A DNA stretch of 64,000 bases from Hormiphora californensis (lineage: Eukaryota; Animalia; Ctenophora). This document shows positions 53,701 through 62,700 of this stretch, one piece after another (position 1 is the first letter of the stretch; the number at the start of each line of letters is the position of its first letter). The notes beneath the pieces are model-generated. The model made no database searches. It was not told the DNA's origin and saw nothing but the letters and a program-made list of their open reading frames with translations. The stretch lies in assembly GCA_020137815.1 (NCBI GenBank), contig CM035361.1, positions 5,456,001 to 5,520,000 on the forward strand, given 5' to 3'. A program made the translations under genes and the position numbers.

Positions 53701-56700
53701 TCAGAAGGTCCGATTTTGGGGGGGTCTTCTGAGAGACATTTTGCTCTTACTTCAACCGTTTTTGCTGTAATTGCGAAAAACAAATTCTATGAAAAGGGCA
53801 AAAGCTAAACTCCAATATCCTGTAATTAGGGAATTTTAGCTAAGGAAGGACCGAAACTATGGAAAAATATGTAACAAGCTAATTCCTTCACTATTTGGTC
53901 CATATGGGTCCCTATAATCACCAAAAACAAAATCACAAAAAATCCACGATGGCGAAGATGGGTTTTTGTTTTTCGCAATTACAGCAAAAACGGTTGAAGT
54001 AGGAGCAAAATGTCTCTCAGAAGACCCCCCTAAAATCGGACCTTCTGAATCGTTTAAGCATAGTCTCAGGTCTCTACGATCAGCCGTTTTTGAGATACAG
54101 GGAATTTATTTATTTCTGAAATGACGGCTTTCAGAAAAAAAACTCTGTACAGCTTATCTTAAATAAGGACACGCCCAAAATTTATGGCCACTTAGATAAT
54201 CGTTAGACGCAACTTTTGACCAATTTACAGCTTTCACATATTTTCGGAACTTGGCCAAATATGGCGTTAAAGTCAAAAAAAAGAAATCCATCTCAGGACC
54301 GGAAATCAGCTCGGATTTCAAAAAAATTTTTTTGTGGCTACTCACCTCTTTGTCCTCTTCAAATCCACAAATTTTTTCCCTGCCCGGGTGAATGCCCGAA
54401 GGGCATTCACCAGGATGATGTTTTTAGCACGCACGTGCTAAAAAGATCATTCAGGGTTTAGAAATCAGCAGATTGTGTAGTTAACTAAAATGTCCGTCCG
54501 TCCGTCTGTCCACCGTTACACATAGCAACAAAGTCTGCTCCTTCATAAATCTTTCAACTCACACTTTGTTGATGCAACAAAGGAAATGATTAATACGCAT
54601 TGTGGCGCGCAATTACTCACTCGTATCACTTCCTACTTTCACCTGAAATCACTTTGGGTACCCTACAGCCGTACCATGACGTGGTAGCAAGTCTTCCAAG
54701 CATGAAACTACTATCACACAATAATTGCAAGTGACTGGTGCTAAGATGACTGAGGCCTGAGGGTAAAGGTGAAGCGCTAATTGGTCACCAACTAGGGTCT
54801 CCTAAGCAACTGTCTTGGTTATCATAGCAACTGCCTTGGTTACCATAGCAACCACCCTGGTTACCATAGCAACTAACATCGTATCAGCCAAAAATTGCTC
54901 TTAGAGTGCAAAATTCATCGGAAAATCTGAATTTGAAGCTCATTCATCAATTTTACACCCATCTGGGGCAGGGAAACACCGCATTATGAATACATAATGC
55001 AATAATTCTTGTTATGATCCTATCTTTACAAATGTATTTTTAAGATGCCAAAAACTTATTTTCAGTTAGCGTACCCTTAAGGCTATTATATGGCTATGGA
55101 GGTGAGACACTATGTGTTGAGACGCGCACAATGCGACAATGCGCCTCCATAGCCACGTAGGAATTGTTTAGAGACTTTTCATTGGTGCAATTTTGTAGGC
55201 AATGGCCAAGTTATGGGGGGTCGACGTCGTACTTTTAAGCTCCATCTTCAACCGTTTAGCCGTTATTTGGCTTTAAAGGTGCTCTAAATTAGCAAAAAAC
55301 GGTAAAAAGCCCACATTTATGGCGCCATACAAGAGTGGCGCCACATAAATGTTGGCGCCATCCAGTATACGTTAGCGCCAATAAGGATGGCGGTGGCGGT
55401 AGTCAAACAATGGTAGTCCCGCCATGGCGGTAGTCAATCGCCACATGGCAAAATTTTTGCGCCAAACACGCCATATGGCGGTCGGGAGTGGCGCCACACC
55501 ACGGGAGTGGCGCCATACATGCTCTGGCGGTACTTGGATGGCGGTGGCGTGTGGCGCCATTTGTTGAATATGGCGCCAACTTATGGCGCTAACAAAAAAA
55601 CCGATTTCTGGAGTGGCGCCACACCACTGGAGTGGCGCCACATTTTAAAAACTCTGGCGGTATGCAAGTGGTATGTGTGTGGCGCCAACCGTTGTCGTGG
55701 CGGTAGTCAAACGGCGCCACACATTAGCGCCACATTAATGGCGCCACATGATAATGGCGCCACATGATCATTTGGCGCCATATGGACATTACCGAGAATG
55801 AGCCCTTCCGTGAGCGCATTTTTTGAAGTTGTCTGTGTCACCTACATAAGCCTGTCAAAACGTGTTTCGACATAGAACTCACTAGCGGCAAGACAATTCC
55901 GGTTGTAAATTCTAGGTATAGGCCCCCTGAACATAAAAAACCAAAATGTCAGTCTCAATTATTTGGGGGAAGGTGTGTAATTAGCCCCTAATTGATTGGT
56001 AATTGAGCATAAGAAGAAAAACGCTGTATCTACCCTTAGGAAAGGAGTAGAGATAAAATTAAGGGCACCTAAGTGTTCAGTGTCCTCGCATTAGTGGGGG
56101 TAGGTGCCAGAATAAAGTCTTTATCTCATCTGGTTAATTGGATAATTGGATAATTAGACCTGCACATAGCCGTTTGCTGGCCATATGGCTATATGTAGCC
56201 ATGTTAGGAAAGGAGTAGAGACACAACCGGGGGCACTGAAATGTTCAGCGTTCTCGAATTAGTGGGGGTAGGTGCTGAAATTAAGTCTCTATCTCATCCG
56301 GTTAATTAGATAATTGGATAATTAGGTTTAAACATAACCGTTTAAGGCTATTATATGGCTATGGAGGTGAGACACTATGTGTTAAGACGCGCACAATGCT
56401 ACAATGCGCCTCCATAGCCACGTAGGAATTGTTTAGAGACTTTTCATTGGTGCAATTTTGTAGGCAATGGCCAAGTTATGGGGGGTCGACGTCGGACTTT
56501 TAAGCTCCATCTTCAACCGTTTAGCCGTTATTTGGCTTTAAAGGTGCTCAAAATTAGCAAAAAACGGTAAAAAGCCCACATTTATGGCGCCATACAAGAG
56601 TGGCGCCACATAAATGTTGGCGCCATCCAGTAAACGTTAGCGCCAATAAGGATGGCGGTGGCGGTAGTCAAACAGTGCCATATGTTGGCGTTACAAAATA

Positions 56701-59700
56701 TTTTGAGTGGCGCCATTTTTTTATGTGGCGCCACTCCAGTGGTGTGGCGCCACTCCAGAAATCGGGTTTTTTGTTGGCGCCACAAGTTAGCGCCAAATTC
56801 AACAACTGGCGCCAAACTCCAACGCCATCTAAGTACCGCCAGAGCATGTATGGCGCCACTTCCGTGGTATGGCGCCACTCCCGACCGCCACATGGCGATT
56901 GCAACCGCCATGTGGCGATTGACTACCGCCATGGCGGGACTACCCAAACAATGCCATATGTTGGCGTTACAAAATATTTTGAGTGGCGCCACTTTTTTAT
57001 GTGGCGCCACTCCAGTGGTGTGGCGCCACTCCAGAAATCGGTTTTTTTGTTGGCGCCACAAGTTAGCGCCAAATTCAACAACTGGCGCCAAACTCCACCG
57101 CCATCTAAGTACCGCCAGAGCATGTATGGCGCCACTTCCGTGGTATGGCGCCACTCCCGACCGCCACATGGCGATTGCAACCGCCATGTGGCGATTGACT
57201 ACCGCCATGGCGGGACTACCCATTTGGCGCCAAATCTGGCGCCACGTGGCGCCGCGTGGCGCCAGTGGCGATCGCCATTCGCCAAATGTTGGCGACTCTT
57301 GGCGGTATCGCCACGTGGCGATGGTATGAAGTCTGAAAAAAACATGCGCAACATATTTATCGCCAAATGGCGCCATTTGGCGATAAGAAAAGCAAATTTT
57401 CAATGCTTTCCAAAATATGACGCTCGCCACTCGGCGCCACGTGGCGCCATTTGGCGAAAAAATCGCCAATTGGCGCCGAACGGCGCCAAATGTCGCCAGT
57501 TGGCGCTAAACGTCGCCATTTGGCGCCAAATGTCGCCATCTGGCGCCAAACGTCGCCATTTGGCGCCAAATGTCGCCATATGGCGCCAAATTTTTGTCAA
57601 ACGTTTGTCGCCAAACGTCGCCATATGGCGCCACTTGGCGCCGAACGTCGCCATTTGGCGCCAAATGTCGCCATATGGCGCCAAGTGGCGACATATGGCG
57701 CAAACTGTTTGTCAAATGTTAGTCGCCATTTGTCGCCATCTGGCGCCAAACGTCGCCATTTGGCGCCAAATGTCGCCATATGGCGCCAAATTTTTGTCAA
57801 ACGTTTGTCGCCAAACGTCGCCATATGGCGCCACTTGGCGCCGAACGTCGCCATTTGGCGCCAAATGTCGCCATATGGCGCCAAGTGGCGACATATGGCG
57901 CAAACTGTTTGTCAAATGTTAGTCGCCATTTGTCGCCATCTGGCGCCAAACGTCGCCATTTGGCGCCAAATGTCGCCATATGGCGCCAAATTTTTGTCAA
58001 ATGTTTGTCGCCATCTGGCGCCGAACGTCGCCATTTGGCGCCAAATGTCGCCATATGGCGACATATGGCGCAAACTGTTTGTCAAATGTTAGTCGCCATT
58101 TGTCGCCAAACGTCGCCATCTGGCGCCAAACGTCGCCATTTGGCGCCAAATGTCGCCATATGGCGCCAAATTTTTGTCAAATGTTTGTCGCCATCTGGCG
58201 CCAAACGTCGCCATATGGCGCCAAACGTCGCCATATGGCGCCATTTGTCGCCACTTGGCGCCGAACGTCGCCATTTGACGCCAAATGTCGCCATAAAGCG
58301 CCAAATGGCGACATATGGCGCAAAATGTTTGTCAAATGTTAGTCGCCATTTGGCGCCGAACGTCGCCATATGGCGCCAAATGGCGACGTTTGGCGCCATA
58401 TGGCGACATTTGGCGCCAAATAGTCACTAACATTTGACAAACATTTTGCGCCATATGTCGCCATTTGGCGCTATATGGCGCCAAATGGCGATGTTCGGCG
58501 CCAATTGGCGACAAATGGCGACGTTTGGCGCCAAATATTTGACAAAAATTTGGCGCCATATGGCGACATTTGGCGCCATATGGCGACATTTGGCGCCAAA
58601 TGGCGACTAATATTTGGCAAACATTTTGCGCCATATGTCGCCATTTGGCGCTATATGGCGACATTTGGCGCCAAATGGCGACGTTCGGCGCCAAGTGGCG
58701 ACAAATGGCGCCATATGGCGACGTTTGGCGCCAAATGGCGACAAACATTTGACAAAAATTTGGCGCCATATGGCGACATTTGGCGCCAAATGGCGACGTT
58801 TGGCGCCAAATGGCGACGTTCGGCGCCAAGTGGCGACAAATGGCGCCATATGGCGACGTTTGGCGCCAAATGGCGACAAAAATTTGACATAAATTTGGCG
58901 CTATATGGCGACATTTGGCGCCAAATGGCGACGTTAGGCGCCAAATGGCGACAAATGGCGCCATATGGCGACAATCGTTTGACAAACATTTGTCGCCATA
59001 TGGCGCCAAATGGCGACAAACGGCGCCAAATGGCGAATTAATCGCCAGTTGGCGCCACGTGGCGCAGAACGGCGAGTGTCATACTTTGAAAACCAATAAA
59101 AATATTATTGATACATCGACAATTTGCGCCAAATGGCGATGTTTGGCGATGAGTATCGCCAAGTGGCGCCAAACGGCGCCATATGGCGAAAAATTCGCCG
59201 AATGGCGCCATTTGGCGCCACTTTGTGACGATTGGCGCCAAACGGCGCCATTTGGCGACGAATGGCGCCAGATGTCGCCAAACGGCGCCATTTGGCGACT
59301 TGATCTCCTGATCACTTAATGGCGCCATTTGGCGATAAAAATTTTGCGCATGTTTTTTTTCAGACTTTGTACCATCGCCACGTGGCGATACCGCCAAGAG
59401 TCGCCAACATTTGGCGAATGGCGATCGCCACTGGCGCCACGTGGCGCCACGTGGCGCCAGATTTGGCGCCAAATGGCGCCATTTGGCGCCAGAAATGGCG
59501 CCATTTGGCGATAGTGCGCACTCGCCACATTTTGGCGCCAAATGGCGCCATTTGTTCGCCACGTGGCGCCATTTGGCGAATATGATGGCGCCATTTGGCG
59601 CGCACGACCTAATCTTTCATACTACCATATTATGTGTGTCCGCACTACACGAGAAAAAGGTATGGCCAATTCAACAAATGTCCCATTTAAATTGTATAAC

Positions 59701-62700
59701 TGACAGATGTTTTTTTATGCAGTTACGAGTGAACAAGGACACTCCCGTTGGTGACCTTAAGTTTTACGGTATGTCGACAAAGACAAGTTTCACATTCGGC
59801 CACAAACAATAATTATATCAAAATAACTGTTTTGCTGTGAAGTAAATCAAATCAAATTACCCGATAATTTTCTGTAATTTTCCCTTTTGCTATTTTTCTT
59901 CGTCATCACTATGTTAATTAGTTGATAATTAATTGATATGATTATGTTAATTAATTAATTAGCATTATATATCTTGCAGCACCGGCAAACATTGGTGCTG
60001 AATGGGCAGATTGTACAGCGGGTGTCTCTGGAATTACTGCCTGTACCCAAACCCACGGCGCTTCCAAAATGAGTTTTACAACAGCAAATAATTTGGTTTG
60101 TGGATTGAATATCGCTGGCGCTAAAGCACCATATGGTAAATAAATTAGTTTGTTAATGAAAAATCAAAATTATACAATGGTAATTGGTATATGGTGTACA
60201 TATATTTCCCAAACTATTCGTGATGACTGCATCAATGTATCATCCTATATAATAAGGGAATTGTGTCATGTTCCCACAATGTATAATATTAACATATCCT
60301 CCAGCGCTTGAGGTGTTCCAACCCAGTTCCACTTACACTAAAGAATGGTTGGTTGGTGATACTGCCACTATTGCGTGCATGCATGTGGGTGCATCGGGAG
60401 TGAAATGGACAAAGGGTGCAACGACTCTCACTACCGATAGCAGGTATAGTTGAATAACAGTATTTTGGAGGGTAAGTGGGTTTATCTATACAGTAAATTT
60501 AACACATGTGAGTTTGTTATTGTGTTTGTTATTGAGTTATTTGCTAACTATACATGACTATATACATGACTATACATGACTATACATTTTCAGTGTGACT
60601 GGATACAAAGTAACGCTTGACACAAAGAAATCCACTCTGGAGATAGAGAATGTTCAGGCTGACCAATCTTGGACATGCGCCCTTTCGGACAGTTTCGGAA
60701 ATGAGGAAACACTTGCCATCCCAGTTAAAGTTTACACTTTTTGTAAGTAATGAACTGTGTGCTGAGTAAACACAATTACACATACACATTGAGCAAACTA
60801 AATTTAGCTAATCACCGCGGCCGGGTATATAGGGCAATTAGCTAAATTGAGCTTGTTTTCAGCAATGTCCCACTCGCCGGCCGGGTATTATAGGGCAATT
60901 AGCTAAATTGAGCTTGTTTTCAGCAATGTCCCACTCGTTCGATAAAGAGTACACTCAAGAGAACGCAGTTGCTACACTTACAGTCGCGGTAAGTGGGCGG
61001 GGTGGGGCGGGCGGGTGGCCCGGATGGGGTGGGGCGGGCCGCTATCATATTAGATTCAATCAATGAGTCAATGAGACACTTACACTCCTTTTCAGCTGGC
61101 TGGCACAGAGAAGAGATCGAGTGATTGGACTGCATCGGATCTGGTTTGGAGTAACGCTGAGGAATCGACCGCTACCGGGACTAAATCAGTCTCTGGAACC
61201 ACGTTAGTGCAGTTGTGATATTAGATAAAAAACTATGGGATCTCTATTATAGCTAACTAGTAATTAGGAAAACTGACATCTTTTGGACAATTACAGTCTC
61301 GCGAATGTCACCAATCTCGAACTGTTGACACCATCCTATCTTAAGTTACGGTACCGTAAAAGGAGCTCAGGCGGGATCGCTGCGAGTTTTAGAATTTCAG
61401 ATGATGATGATCAAAGTGGAAAAAGAACTTACTATTTTGCAGACTCCTCGTGTTACGTTTGTGTGCAGCTTCCATCTGCCTTGAGGCTTGATCTCTGAGA
61501 CTGATCATCGGTTCGGTTTAACCTCCAACGTCTTGTTCGTTCTATTGGTGTTACTGCACCCCTCAGTGTATGGAAAAGTAGAGAATGGTAGTCGGATCTT
61601 GCATGAGTAACTCCAATTGTCGCTGTCGTATATTAACTGTTGTTGAAGAGAGCATAGTAGCCGGAACAGTGACGCAAAGCAAAGCAAGATCAGATGCACG
61701 TGCAACTGCAGTACATTAGCAACAATCCTTGGTAACGGCTCCCACCTCTAAACTCCACCTCTAAACCTGCACGTGCAAAATGCCATATTTGGTAAAAAAA
61801 CCATCACCCATCATTTCCCTATTTGCTTTAATAATAGTATGATATTATAAAAGAAAACACGGTGACTTTTGGGGCTGTGGCATTGCCACCACAGTTGAAT
61901 TTAATTCGAATGGCTCATTTCCCCAATACAATAAGCATCCTACAACACATTTGGTTAGAATAAATCATACAGATATGTAGCTAACTAATACATCTAGGAG
62001 AAACACAAATAACACAACCAATTAATAAATTATAAATCTAGCACTACAAATTTAAAAGATAAAATTATTAACACACATATATAAATTATTACACTTAGAC
62101 AAAATATGATATGATTTATACCCGATTTGTTCGGTAAAAATCATTCTAACCATTTTTTTAAATCTTTCATATCAGATTTGCGCTGCACTGTCTATATATG
62201 AACTAATAAAAACACTCTATTCCCAATCAGATTCGAGCTGGCTATACCGGTAAACACACTGATTAAGGACACCCAATATACAATGACAATTGATGCTACC
62301 TCTGATGATTACACAATCACTGACACCATGGACCTCCGTGTGTTCAGTAAGTATGTTGTAACAACCGACCGGACCAAGTAAACAACCAATCAGAACTCGT
62401 TATTTAGGTCACGTGACTGGTTATCAGCCAATCAGGGACCAGTATTCACTGGTTCGGTCGGTTCCTAGTATGTTGTATGGTCTTTAGGGTCTAATTGCAG
62501 TAGTGATAAATATGGTTATATCGCTGTCTTGACAGACCACAGCAATAGATCGTACTGAACAAGTGGACTTGATTCCTTGTTAGGATACTTAGGGGGACGC
62601 GATCACTCACGATCTCCATAATTGCCGACCAAATCGTCTTTACAATAGTTTTTTTTCTTCTTCTTCTTCTATAGGAATTGCTTTGGATAAACCCACAAGC

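Larger units (their letters stand above)
52073..59626. mobile_element. 7.5-kb GG..CC TIR element with 8-bp TSD (Merlin/MULE-foldback-like), filled with TGGCGCCA repeats
   Basis: atattatg|GGTAGTATGAAAGATTAGGTCGTGCGCGCC..GGCGCGCACGACCTAATCTTTCATACTACC|atattatg; TIRs about 180 bp; internal duplication of about 1.2 kb; satellite core about 57480-59030. Confidence 0.9.

Noticed and set aside
52087-59812. Many overlapping ORFs up to 440 aa (MAP/WRH/GAK-rich)
   Set aside because: Open in all six frames because the TGGCGCCA satellite lacks stop codons; they lie inside a TSD-bounded element in an intron.
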